Below are positions 34,719 through 43,829 of a DNA stretch of 45,137 bases, one piece after another. The notes under the pieces were generated by a model that saw only the letters and a list, made by a program, of their open reading frames with translations, ran no database searches and was not told the origin of the DNA. The stretch is from a virus. Taxonomy: Duplodnaviria; Caudoviricetes. Within the stretch, counting starts at the first letter, position 1. The number at the start of each line of letters is the position of its first letter. Both the position numbers and the translations under genes were made by a program. The stretch spans positions 1 through 45,137 of IMG/VR virus record IMGVR_UViG_3300049070_000098; one strand, 5' to 3'.

Positions 34719-37435
34719 TGGTTAGTGTGCAAGTGAGGCATATGCGCCACGAGGGTGAAGGGGTAGGGCGTATCGCCATAAAGGTAGTAGCCCATGTGGG
34801 ACTCCCACTGCCCTTCGACATTAACCTCATAATCTCCCGTGAAGAGGGTTCCCTCATCCGGCTTCATTAGGTGACCACCTGAGGCGAGAGCCTCAGTAAG
34901 CCCATGCCTAAACTCAATGGTCTCATCGAGTCGGACATCGGCCTTAACGATGGTCTTGCGCTTACCTTGCGCGCTGCCAAACGGCGAACCACCTTCAGGG
35001 GGAAGAAACTTGAGGTGCCACTTAAATGGTAATCCCACACAGATGGTTCCAGTGAAGTCCTGACCACCAACTGTAACGTTTCCACCAGCAACCACCCCGG
35101 TCGAGATGAACACGCCATTCTTCATGATCTGGACCGTTTCACCATTAAGGTGCGCCAATCCAGAGAGTGTGGCACCACCTGGGCCAGCAAAGATCTTGTG
35201 GCAGTCCATGTAATTGAACCCGGATCGATCAGCTGCATCAGTCGGATAATCCTCTGCCGCGAGTGCCTCAACGTATCTAACAACCGACCCGTTGATGGTC
35301 CTCTGAACGACCATGAAGAGCGTATCCTCGTCCTCATCGGTTGATTCAATCGCACAGATGGATTCCACAACAGGAGCCACGCCGTCATTATCAACGAAGG
35401 TGTGCCAATGCCAGCCAGCAACCTCCTGATCCCTAACGTATGTTAAGGCGCAGAGAGTTCCATCCGCGCAGAGAACCCACACCACACTATTAGGCTCCTG
35501 CTGGTAGACGATGTCTATCGCACCACCATGGTCACGAATGATGTGCTCACTAACGATCGTCAAATCCCTCGAGATCCAAGAGTCCTGTTCAAAGCTATAG
35601 GTCAGCTCCAGAACCTTCCTACCAGTCTTGTCGATGTGCAATATGGCAGAACCTGCTCGAACAGACCAGCACACTGCGGAACCCCCAGTCGTCTGGGGCT
35701 GGGCAATGATGTTCGTTGGTGAGATTGGCTCTTGCACCGAGGAGGCTGAACGAACCTGCCATTCACCAGTCTTGGTTCCAACCATCAGGACCGTTCCAGA
35801 ACGCATCCAGCAGATTTCCTGCGGACTAGACGAGGCGATAAGGTATGAGATGCCACAATCATCTGGAACGCTCGAGTCCGGCTCAGTCGGGGACATGGTC
35901 TCGAAATCCAACGAACGACTCATCCAGAAAGACTGTGGCTCTGCTGGAGTGGATGCCCAAACAGTCCGCTGCTCATGGATAGTAACGGCTTGTGGATACC
36001 CAGTGCGACCAGACCATGAACCATACCGCCAAATGTCCGTGACTCCCTTATTCGGCAACTCGCGCGCGTCTTGCGGTCCCAGTGGAAGTGAGTCGTAAAA
36101 TGTAATCGTAGCTACGGTATTGCTGGTTCGTGCAGTAATCTTGCCCCAGATCTGCTGGCCCCCGAAATTGAATCGGATGTGGCGTCCGATGTCGTTTGGG
36201 TGAAATATCTCAGTTCCGGGATATGCTAATCCCGGAACAAATCCCGTCGATGACGTGCACGTTGCGGTAATTACACGAGTTCCAGGAGTCACGGCCACTG
36301 TGTCTGGAGCCGCCACAGCAAGGAATACGATCCCAGTGTTGTCGTATGCCATGTTGGCATCATTCTTGAAGGTGACCATCAACTTCCAGTCGTTAACGGC
36401 CTTACGAATAAACTTACCAACATCCGCACGCGTGAAGACCTGTCCATGTGTGGTTGTAAGAACACCAACAAATGTTGACGTAATATCTCCCGTCGCACCA
36501 GCCCCAATCGTAAGCGGGGTGGCAGGATCTAATCCCTGGGACGTGGAGTAGGGCGTCATCTTATCCGCCGTTCCAAAGCCTGTTGGAATTCGATATGACC
36601 CGGCAAGATGCCTCTGTAGGGCAAGAACTACCGTGGTAGCTATCGACGTTCCAGACGTGGGCGTTCGTGGGGTGCCAGCGACCTTGGTGCTTAAGCCAAT
36701 GACAGGATCCACGCCGATGAAGACGTTGTCGACGATGTCCACTGTGCAGGTATTGGTGGCTACGCCCCCAGGGATCGCCGTAATCTTCGCCAAGCGCCAC
36801 TCACCGTCTTGAAAGAACTCCACATACTTGCCCACATCTGCAGCTGGATTAAACTGCGTCGCAAGGGACGACGTCATCGTAGCTGTATCCGACACATTCG
36901 TCAGTGCCATGCGAATGTTGTATGGGAGCAGAGGCATATACGGACCATCCTTGAACGGAACGTCCTCGAACACCCAGCCCTGAGTCGCATCCACATCAGA
37001 TGGAACTCCTCCAACCGACTTTGCTAAATTCCACAACTTCTTTGGGTGAAATCCCTTACAAGCAATATACATGACATTGCCCACAGACTCCCAAGAAATC
37101 TTCGGCAGATCTGACTCCCCATAGGTGGTAACAAGCTCAACGGTAGATCCAGACTTTATGCTTGCATACTTACGGTCATAGATTCGAAGGTAATTCACAC
37201 CAAACTCAATGACGTAGGTGTTATTGAGGGAGATCAACCGGGCCTTGGTGGCTGTCTGCTTAGCTGCTATGACATACTCAGTTCCAGGACGCCTACGAAG
37301 GGGTCCCTGTGGACGCACGATAAGATTCTTGAGGACCTCACAACCATTCGCATACTTAGACGTATCAACTCTACCGCGAAGGTATGGTGATACTTCACCC
37401 GCAGTAAAGTTCGTCTGTATGGGATTAGCCTTCAC
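34715..37435 (-). CDS. Tail tubular protein B / nozzle
   Basis: QTNFTAGEVSP, RRPGT, EFG..YLR, GYP..V..HEQR and QEVAGWHWH motifs. Confidence 0.9.
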   Translation of the reverse strand: MKANPIQTNFTAGEVSPYLRGRVDTSKYANGCEVLKNLIVRPQGPLRRRPGTEYVIAAKQTATKARLISLNNTYVIEFGVNYLRIYDRKYASIKSGSTVELVTTYGESDLPKISWESVGNVMYIACKGFHPKKLWNLAKSVGGVPSDVDATQGWVFEDVPFKDGPYMPLLPYNIRMALTNVSDTATMTSSLATQFNPAADVGKYVEFFQDGEWRLAKITAIPGGVATNTCTVDIVDNVFIGVDPVIGLSTKVAGTPRTPTSGTSIATTVVLALQRHLAGSYRIPTGFGTADKMTPYSTSQGLDPATPLTIGAGATGDITSTFVGVLTTTHGQVFTRADVGKFIRKAVNDWKLMVTFKNDANMAYDNTGIVFLAVAAPDTVAVTPGTRVITATCTSSTGFVPGLAYPGTEIFHPNDIGRHIRFNFGGQQIWGKITARTSNTVATITFYDSLPLGPQDARELPNKGVTDIWRYGSWSGRTGYPQAVTIHEQRTVWASTPAEPQSFWMSRSLDFETMSPTEPDSSVPDDCGISYLIASSSPQEICWMRSGTVLMVGTKTGEWQVRSASSVQEPISPTNIIAQPQTTGGSAVCWSVRAGSAILHIDKTGRKVLELTYSFEQDSWISRDLTIVSEHIIRDHGGAIDIVYQQEPNSVVWVLCADGTLCALTYVRDQEVAGWHWHTFVDNDGVAPVVESICAIESTDEDEDTLFMVVQRTINGSVVRYVEALAAEDYPTDAADRSGFNYMDCHKIFAGPGGATLSGLAHLNGETVQIMKNGVFISTGVVAGGNVTVGGQDFTGTICVGLPFKWHLKFLPPEGGSPFGSAQGKRKTIVKADVRLDETIEFRHGLTEALASGGHLMKPDEGTLFTGDYEVNVEGQWESHMGYYLYGDTPYPFTLVAHMPHLHTNQ

Positions 37436-38259
37436 GTCATTGGGTCTCGAACAAATCCACGATTTTGTGAGAAGCGCTGCTCAATGATCCAATCATCCCG
37501 AAGCTTATCGGGGATGTCCTCATTCGCGTCGATGTTCTTACACTTCTTCAGCTCGTCCTTCAGGGCCTTAAGCAACCCCTCCTGCTTCTCAGTAGATCGA
37601 GTAACGGCCTCACAAATGTCCCACGCAAGATAGATCTGGAAACATTCATAAGCCGCTGAATCCCACTTAGAATAGGTGGTATTGTCGTAGACATACTTAA
37701 TGTTCGCCGTGCTATCATCAAGCAGAAGCATCCCATCCTCAACGCGAAACTTTTCGTCATTCTCATTGACCTGAACCACCTTCAAACAATCCGTTGGGAG
37801 CGTAATCTGATAAGTATAGTCAAATGCTGGAGCAAGTGTAGCACGCCCACTAGCGGTATACGTCCCCGAAAATAACGAATCGTCCAGGTCAAAATTGTTG
37901 GCATCAATCACCGTGATGTATCTTGACCCATTAGCTGAGGTAACGCCCGCAACTTCGACGATGGTTACACGATCCCCAGTTGCCCAGCCATGAGCTGCGA
38001 TGGTGATCCGGATCTTTGATCCCGCACCAGCTGCAACATTCGTGATCGTCTTATACGTGGGAGTGAGGCGCTTTCGTCGAATCGCAAAATTCCAGTGATG
38101 CTTCCGTAGGAAGGCTTGACGACAAGATGCCAGACGTTCCTTGCAGATCTTGCCCGACTTAGAGGTGTCCGCATTAAGGTCCGTAATGAAGGGTGCACCC
38201 TCGCCAAGCTTAACGAGCGCGCCATTCGCAATCTCTTCAACTGTTCTTGCAGTAGACAT
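37432..38259 (-). CDS. Tail tubular protein A / adaptor with an inserted beta domain
   Basis: IANGAL.KLG, H.WNFA.RR and Y.Y...LP.DCL; roughly 75-aa insertion containing HGWATGDRV. Confidence 0.85.
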   Translation of the reverse strand: MSTARTVEEIANGALVKLGEGAPFITDLNADTSKSGKICKERLASCRQAFLRKHHWNFAIRRKRLTPTYKTITNVAAGAGSKIRITIAAHGWATGDRVTIVEVAGVTSANGSRYITVIDANNFDLDDSLFSGTYTASGRATLAPAFDYTYQITLPTDCLKVVQVNENDEKFRVEDGMLLLDDSTANIKYVYDNTTYSKWDSAAYECFQIYLAWDICEAVTRSTEKQEGLLKALKDELKKCKNIDANEDIPDKLRDDWIIEQRFSQNRGFVRDPMT

Positions 38260-38269
38260 GCATTAAGTT

Positions 38270-38311
38270 GGGAAGGAGTCCCAGCCCGAACCAAGCCAGG
38301 ACTCCCGTCCC
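38270..38311 (-). terminator. Hairpin after the capsid operon
   Basis: GGAGTCC/GGACTCC stem with GGGA/TCCC extension, downstream of the capsid accessory gene. Confidence 0.5.
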
Positions 38312-38334
38312 CTGAGCCGCGTTGCCGGACGCGG

Positions 38335-38760
38335 TTAATCCACGACGTATTTCAGAATGACCATCAGCTTCGTCGCATTGGTGGGGTTGCCACCGCCAAT
38401 CGTCGAAGTAATGACCGTCTCCGCCGAGAACTCATACCCTGCGGAGAGCGCATAGGTATTGGCAACTTCCGTTGTCGTAGCCGCGTTATACGCGGTAGCA
38501 GCAAGGAAGCGAGCCGCCGATCCTGTATCACCCAAGGTAAAGGTGACACCGGCGCCGTTCGCGTTACCGATCAAACGGCCACCAACCAAGCGCGCACCCT
38601 TCGGAAGCGTGCCCCACAAGATGACGTCCCCATTGAGGGCGCCACTGAACACGATTTCAGCGAAGAATATACGCTCACGTCCCTCCTTCTCGTTGGGCTT
38701 GAGCGGCGCATAATTGGGCGGCTTAACTTGAGTGTATTGCGTTGAACGAATGTCTGCCAT
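38335..38760 (-). CDS. Capsid cement/decoration protein
   Basis: Follows the MCP; GDVI...LPKGARL jelly-roll pattern; GAAAGGA SD. Confidence 0.7.
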   Translation of the reverse strand: MADIRSTQYTQVKPPNYAPLKPNEKEGRERIFFAEIVFSGALNGDVILWGTLPKGARLVGGRLIGNANGAGVTFTLGDTGSAARFLAATAYNAATTTEVANTYALSAGYEFSAETVITSTIGGGNPTNATKLMVILKYVVD

Positions 38761-38785
38761 ACAAGTATCCTTTCATTAGCCGCGG

Positions 38786-39679
38786 TTAAACCGTCTCGTC
38801 GCACTTTACGCGAATGACCTTCTCCTCCCACATGCGGGAGGCGCCAAATGATCCACAGACGTAGACCTGAACTGAATTACGCTTATCGCGTCGAGGACCG
38901 ACATCAACCATGACCTCGCTCGCGGTAGCAAGGAGCAAACCTTGCCGCTCAAAGAAGAGGCACTCACGAAGATTGCCAGTCTTAGGTAGACGATTGGACT
39001 TGATGAAGCGGAAACCCATGAAGGTATCCACTTTGCCTTCCACGAGGGCCTTCACCTGATTGTAATCAGACGAAGTAACCTCAGTCTGGCGAAGGAGAGC
39101 CTGTGTCTGCTTCGGATCAACGATGGCCGTCAAATCCGCCTCATCTTCAGCAGCCGCTTCCTCCTTATCCAGGAGGTAACGAACCTGACGAAGTTTTCCA
39201 ACCGTAAGGTTAGATGAGAGGGCAGCGCCATCCTCAACGAATGTCGCAGCAACCTCGGAACCAGCTGCAAACGTCACTTCAGTGTCGCCCTTCTTCCCAG
39301 TCCACGCCGAACCAAAGGCCGCCTCAATAAGGATGTCATCCATCTTGCGCCCAAGGGCGTAGACGGCGTTGGTCACATACGAGGAGGTTGGATCAGCCAA
39401 CATGCGAAGCTTGTCCTTGCGATCGATCAGGTCTGCCCAATCAAAGTCGCGCAAAGCCACGCGCCGACGGTCATGTGGAGTCCCAATTAAGGGCGTATCA
39501 CCATGTCGAGTGGTGACTTCCACCGCGTCTGTGGGCCCGATGCGGTCATAGAACTCAAACTCCGCATTCTGACTCTCATTCCGCACCCATGGGCGGAGGC
39601 GAGAACCCTTCTGCTGAAACTTGAGATTTATGTTCCGACGATAGGCCTGCACTAACGCCTTATCAATTTCGAAACTCAT
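38786..39679 (-). CDS. Major capsid protein
   Basis: QQKGSRLR, TPHDRR, DKLRMLADP.S.Y, ALGRKMD, ALVEG.VDTFMGF.F and GASRM.E.KV. Confidence 0.92.
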   Translation of the reverse strand: MSFEIDKALVQAYRRNINLKFQQKGSRLRPWVRNESQNAEFEFYDRIGPTDAVEVTTRHGDTPLIGTPHDRRRVALRDFDWADLIDRKDKLRMLADPTSSYVTNAVYALGRKMDDILIEAAFGSAWTGKKGDTEVTFAAGSEVAATFVEDGAALSSNLTVGKLRQVRYLLDKEEAAAEDEADLTAIVDPKQTQALLRQTEVTSSDYNQVKALVEGKVDTFMGFRFIKSNRLPKTGNLRECLFFERQGLLLATASEVMVDVGPRRDKRNSVQVYVCGSFGASRMWEEKVIRVKCDETV

Positions 39680-39713
39680 AATTCTTGAGTAAGGATGCTG
39701 ACAATTAGCGGGA

Positions 39714-39806
39714 GGGCTGCCCTCATCGGACCCGACCTGGCGAACACGTTCGCTTGGACGTCAGGAAATTACCTGAAGTAACGCTGGACCGGATGGCTAC
39801 CCAGCG
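39714..39806 (-). promoter_or_regulatory. Structured 5' leader of the capsid gene with two copies of a GG-GYAG-CC/GG-U-CC internal loop
   Basis: Hairpins at 39782-39806 and 39714-39733 share the loop; two simple hairpins lie between. Confidence 0.55.
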
Positions 39807-39824
39807 AAATGTTGCTCAGGCCAC

Positions 39825-39853
39825 ATGTTAACATGGCCTGAGCTTCTTGTAAA
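39825..39853 (-). promoter_or_regulatory. Capsid promoter TTTACA-N17-TAACAT overlapping an inverted repeat
   Basis: Family match; GCTCAGGCCA/TGGCCTGAGC (39814-39843) brackets the -10. Confidence 0.6.
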
Positions 39854-39868
39854 TACCAAAGATTACGA

Positions 39869-40723
39869 TCAGTTATTTTCCTGTTTTCCTGGATACGCCT
39901 GGTAATGGGCGGCTTTCCAGCGCTCAAGGGCCTCGACATGTCCTGGGGCTGCTGGATCCTGAAGAGCCTTCTGGAATTCAGCATCCTTGGATAGGCGGTC
40001 AATCTCGAGAGCGGCCTGGGCAGCGGAACCCTTGAACTCCGTGCTACTGCCACCGTTAGCGCGATCCTCCATCACCATCTCCCCGACCTTGGAGAGTAGG
40101 ATAATGAACGCCGGATCATTATCAAGGTTCTTACGATCCAAGAACGTTAGGAGGGATTCGAACTGCTTCTCATCCCCACCCAGCTTCTGGAGCGCGGCCT
40201 TGGCCCGATCAAGAGCGAATCCCAGCTTATCCTCCGACCCGAAATGGTCCCGAAGCTTGTTCATGCCCTCGGCGTGCGACACCTTGCGCCGCTCCTGATC
40301 AGACTTGTAGGCGGAATCCAGGTCCGTGAAGTGATGCTTCAGGACACCCTCTACCTGGGGTTGCGTCAATCCCAGGTCATGCAAAACCTTTAGGGAGCCC
40401 TTCAACTTGTCCTCGGCTATTTGAGGAAAGCCGTCGGCGAATTTGAATTCCGGCAACTTATACTTGTCCGGAGCATCAGGACGCCCCAGCCGAGTCCAAT
40501 GCTCCGACCACTGCTCAGGCTTCCAGTCCGATTTCGGCAGCGGGAATCGATCACCAATCATCCGCTGCGAATGGAGATAATTCTTTGCAAGCGTGGGCAC
40601 ATCAGGGACCTGAGCCAGTGACTGATCGGCACGCAGCTCAGGGGGCAGCACATCCCTCCAATTCGAAGTTCCCCCGCCTCCCCCATCATCGGCGGCCATT
40701 AATATCGGTTTGTATGTTAGCAT
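39869..40723 (-). CDS. Capsid scaffolding protein
   Basis: LAKNY...Q..IG, LGRPD.PDKY and LGLTQ.Q; located between portal and MCP. Confidence 0.8.
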   Translation of the reverse strand: MLTYKPILMAADDGGGGGTSNWRDVLPPELRADQSLAQVPDVPTLAKNYLHSQRMIGDRFPLPKSDWKPEQWSEHWTRLGRPDAPDKYKLPEFKFADGFPQIAEDKLKGSLKVLHDLGLTQPQVEGVLKHHFTDLDSAYKSDQERRKVSHAEGMNKLRDHFGSEDKLGFALDRAKAALQKLGGDEKQFESLLTFLDRKNLDNDPAFIILLSKVGEMVMEDRANGGSSTEFKGSAAQAALEIDRLSKDAEFQKALQDPAAPGHVEALERWKAAHYQAYPGKQENN

Positions 40724-41009
40724 GTGTTTCCATTCCATCCTCAAGAATCTTGAGGAGTTCTTGCGGGTCCTTATTTACGTATTTTAGTATGTCCAGCGCA
40801 AGCCACCGCCGACCCTCATTAAGCAGTGTTCGTTCTGGTTGTCCGGGGACGAAGGTCGTCCGGAAAAGGAAGCCACTCTTCGCAATGTGCCTAAGCACGA
40901 GCTTACCCTCAGGGCTCTCGAAGATGTGCTTGTAAATTTGGTGTGTGCTCTGACGCTTCCAGATAGGAAGTAGGTGCCTCGCCTTCTGAAGTAACTCACC
41001 CATCCTCAC
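40686..41009 (-). CDS. Bbp19-like small head-module protein
   Basis: F.SPEGKLVL...T..NEGRR motif between portal and scaffold. Confidence 0.7.
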   Translation of the reverse strand: MRMGELLQKARHLLPIWKRQSTHQIYKHIFESPEGKLVLRHIAKSGFLFRTTFVPGQPERTLLNEGRRWLALDILKYVNKDPQELLKILEDGMETHANIQTDINGRR

Positions 41010-42637
41010 GCGGACCTCCCAGCATCAGCGGCATTCTTAACCGCCTTGGAGAGTGGCTCAACAGCCGCCATTGCTTGCTGTGCCACCTGGGCCTGGGCTC
41101 GCTTCTCACGAATCGCCTGAATTTCCTGAGGTGACCTGATGACCTTGCGAGTAACCGAGCGGCCCCGCGCAGCCTCCTTAACCACCTCATCCATGTTAAC
41201 GACGTCCAGGGCAGACGGGTCAACCTGCGCCACGGGAGCAACATCCTGCATGAACCTGGAGAGATTCATCGTCTTGACACCCTCCTGAGCCTTAGCCGCC
41301 GGACCAATGTAGACGATGCGCAGTGAAGCACCGAGTTTACGTAAACTCTCAGGTGCTGGGGGAATGACACCGTGCTCATCAAGAAGGGCATAACTCCTGC
41401 TGATGGATGGCCCCAGCTGCTCAGATGCCACACGACCCAGAAGCGGAGTCATTAGGCGAAACTTCTCATCGCGTCGGTCCTGAACCTCAAACGCGGTCAT
41501 CTCCACATTCTCCTTCTCCATGTGGATCCAGTCAGCGTAAAAGCCCTCCATAATGGATTGACGCTTCTGATTCGCCTGCTCCAAACCAAAGGGCAAATTG
41601 CCCTCATGAACGAGCGCCTCGATCCGCTCAACCATCGGATCGTGCCAGATGATAGCACCCGGTCCCGTATCGATTGGGGTAGTGAACCCATCATCTGGAA
41701 CCTGGAGGGGAGGATCGACGGCCTTCATGCCCGCCTTGATCATCACATACTCAAACTTATTAAGCATGCGAATATCGGGCAGCATGTCAATCGCCGGACC
41801 TCGTCCATAAACCTCTCGCGGCATAACCGTCCATCGCCCAAAGTGATATGGGAGCGAATCATATCCCGACTCCTTGATGACCTCCTTTGTGTCTTCGCAG
41901 AGCCAGAAGGATGCGAAAGCTTTAGACGTAGCAACACCCAAACCAGGGTTTTGTGGGGACCTCGGAAGCACGAGGTGGATCACCGAATATTCGCGATCAC
42001 CCGACTTGTTCTGGATGCGCTCATCCTGCAAACCTGGTGGAAGCTTATCCCCAAACTCCTGGAGAATCTGCCTCATGGTGTAGTTGCACTGACGAGCAAC
42101 GGTGTCAACTCGCCCCTTATAGTTGAGCTTGACGAACACTTCGGAGAGGGAAAATTGCTTGAAGAGTAGGTGCTTACCCTCGTAGTCCCAGTCCTGATAG
42201 ATGCACCCATTCCCAAATGCCCCGAGGTCGAGGAAATTCTCGTGAAAAGTGATCGTGTGATTGGATTCCGCGACCTGATATTGGGAGAAGATCCTGTCAG
42301 ACACGTCCTCAAGCCAGGCGAGGGACTCATCATCAAGATCCTCGTCACTAACACCTCGCACCGCGAGAGTGAACCACCTGTCGTGCGGATTGACGAGGTA
42401 GCCATGCAGTGCAGACGCGAACGTTGCGCACGCCTTCACGGCGGTGGAGTCGTAGATGTCGTCACTCTGTGCAGATCCAGGCGCAGACTGTCGCTGGAAG
42501 TTCCCACCACCAGGACGCACGTAGTCCTTGATCTGCTGCCAGTTATTCTCATAGCTAGCGCGGAGCGTCTTCATCTGCCCAAACATCTGGAGCAGCTCAA
42601 CTGCCTTAGGATCTTCTTGCTTCATGTTATTGGCCAA
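41006..42637 (-). CDS. Portal (head-tail connector) protein
   Basis: YDST...A...AS.L, DLGAFG, YGRGP...LPD...L, PPL and MTAFEV..R..E. Confidence 0.93.
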   Translation of the reverse strand: MANNMKQEDPKAVELLQMFGQMKTLRASYENNWQQIKDYVRPGGGNFQRQSAPGSAQSDDIYDSTAVKACATFASALHGYLVNPHDRWFTLAVRGVSDEDLDDESLAWLEDVSDRIFSQYQVAESNHTITFHENFLDLGAFGNGCIYQDWDYEGKHLLFKQFSLSEVFVKLNYKGRVDTVARQCNYTMRQILQEFGDKLPPGLQDERIQNKSGDREYSVIHLVLPRSPQNPGLGVATSKAFASFWLCEDTKEVIKESGYDSLPYHFGRWTVMPREVYGRGPAIDMLPDIRMLNKFEYVMIKAGMKAVDPPLQVPDDGFTTPIDTGPGAIIWHDPMVERIEALVHEGNLPFGLEQANQKRQSIMEGFYADWIHMEKENVEMTAFEVQDRRDEKFRLMTPLLGRVASEQLGPSISRSYALLDEHGVIPPAPESLRKLGASLRIVYIGPAAKAQEGVKTMNLSRFMQDVAPVAQVDPSALDVVNMDEVVKEAARGRSVTRKVIRSPQEIQAIREKRAQAQVAQQAMAAVEPLSKAVKNAADAGRSA

Positions 42638-42902
42638 GTAAAGATTTCAGTATCGATGGTGATTCCCCGGGAGGCGTCCCAAGCGCACGCCTTCGACTAG
42701 CCGTGCCTTGCCCGGTTGGACTCCCAGTGAGGATTGACTCAGCATTTACAGCACGTCGCTGCCTGGCAATTCGCAAAATCTTGTTGGCATTATCGGCGGC
42801 TTGTGATGGTGCTGGTGGTAGTGGGGGCGCTGGGGCTTTTGGCATTCCACCATTCTTAAAGCACTTGGTCGCCCGCTCAATAAGTTTACTCGTCGTTCGC
42901 AT
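42627..42902 (-). CDS. Small Pro-rich virion-associated protein
   Basis: CFK.GG.PKAPAPP...ILTG...SLLG pattern typical of the gene before podovirus portals. Confidence 0.7.
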   Translation of the reverse strand: MRTTSKLIERATKCFKNGGMPKAPAPPLPPAPSQAADNANKILRIARQRRAVNAESILTGSPTGQGTASRRRALGTPPGESPSILKSLLGQ

Positions 42903-43231
42903 AATTCAATGACGCGTTGAAGGTTGTGGTATCGTAACTTGTTATCGACTTCCCACGCAACCCACGCATATACGTGAGGCATGAGCTCAATAAGGCGAGA
43001 AAGATCACCAGCTGCAAGAAACACAAGCCAGCAATCAGCAGTTGTAAAGACGACGGCCGGATCAACCACGAGGATGGTCGGCGCCCTACGTAAGACAGGG
43101 CGAGCGAGGCAAAATACGCGATCATCAGAGAACACAACCCCACTACGGAGATGTAGAGCAAGATCCTCATCAAATGTTCTTCCACAAAGTTCGCGTTCAT
43201 ATACTTCCCTCGCCCTGTCGATTGGCCTCAT
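42746..43231 (-). CDS. Hypothetical protein (possibly GNAT-like)
   Basis: ATGA coupling; F.LARPV...DCW.V.LAAG...WVAWE pattern. Confidence 0.65.
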   Translation of the reverse strand: MRPIDRAREVYERELCGRTFDEDLALHLRSGVVFSDDRVFCLARPVLRRAPTILVVDPAVVFTTADCWLVFLAAGDLSRLIELMPHVYAWVAWEVDNKLRYHNLQRVIELCERRVNLLSGRPSALRMVECQKPQRPHYHQHHHKPPIMPTRFCELPGSDVL

Positions 43232-43455
43232 GGTGAATCGGTCTTAAGCGGCGTTAACACATTGGCGTCAAGATCCGATGTGATGAGATTTTCATTCGAA
43301 TCATCCATCACAATGGCATGTGTTGACACTGTGCGTGAACTCTTGGTTCCACTGGTGTGGTATTGCTCACCACCCGCCTTCTTTAGCCCAAGCCATGGGG
43401 GCTTCTGACCGAGCGGATACTTTTGCACGGTCACAACGTATATTGCCTTCGCCAT
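43228..43455 (-). CDS. Hypothetical protein
   Basis: GAAAGG SD; coupled to the next gene. Confidence 0.6.
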   Translation of the reverse strand: MAKAIYVVTVQKYPLGQKPPWLGLKKAGGEQYHTSGTKSSRTVSTHAIVMDDSNENLITSDLDANVLTPLKTDSP

Positions 43456-43482
43456 ACTATTACCTTTCGTTAGTGTTTCTCC

Positions 43483-43827
43483 TCAGTATCCCGGAACTCC
43501 CAGGACATGAAGCCTGTCGTGGATTGCCTGAATAGGCTGCGTGGGATCAACTCCCAGCGCCGCATACAGGCGACTCAGTTCCTGCTGCGCCACAGATGCG
43601 TCCGCATTCTGAAGCTTCTGAACCTCGCCTTCGGACGTAACGAGCGCCTGCCTGAGCTGCTCACGCTCCGAATTGGACGCAGCCAACTCCGACTTGAGCT
43701 CAGTGTTCTGGCCCTGATGGCCAAGGAGCTTATTCTGCAGGTCAAGGATCCTGTTCTCGACCTCCTGAGCGGCCTGTGCAACGTCCGCTACCTCCTTTGA
43801 CATATTAATGCTAGCCTCTTCATCCAT
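43483..43827 (-). CDS. Coiled-coil hypothetical protein
   Basis: Heptad-rich; GAGG SD after terL. Confidence 0.65.
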   Translation of the reverse strand: MDEEASINMSKEVADVAQAAQEVENRILDLQNKLLGHQGQNTELKSELAASNSEREQLRQALVTSEGEVQKLQNADASVAQQELSRLYAALGVDPTQPIQAIHDRLHVLGVPGY

Positions 43828-43829
43828 AA

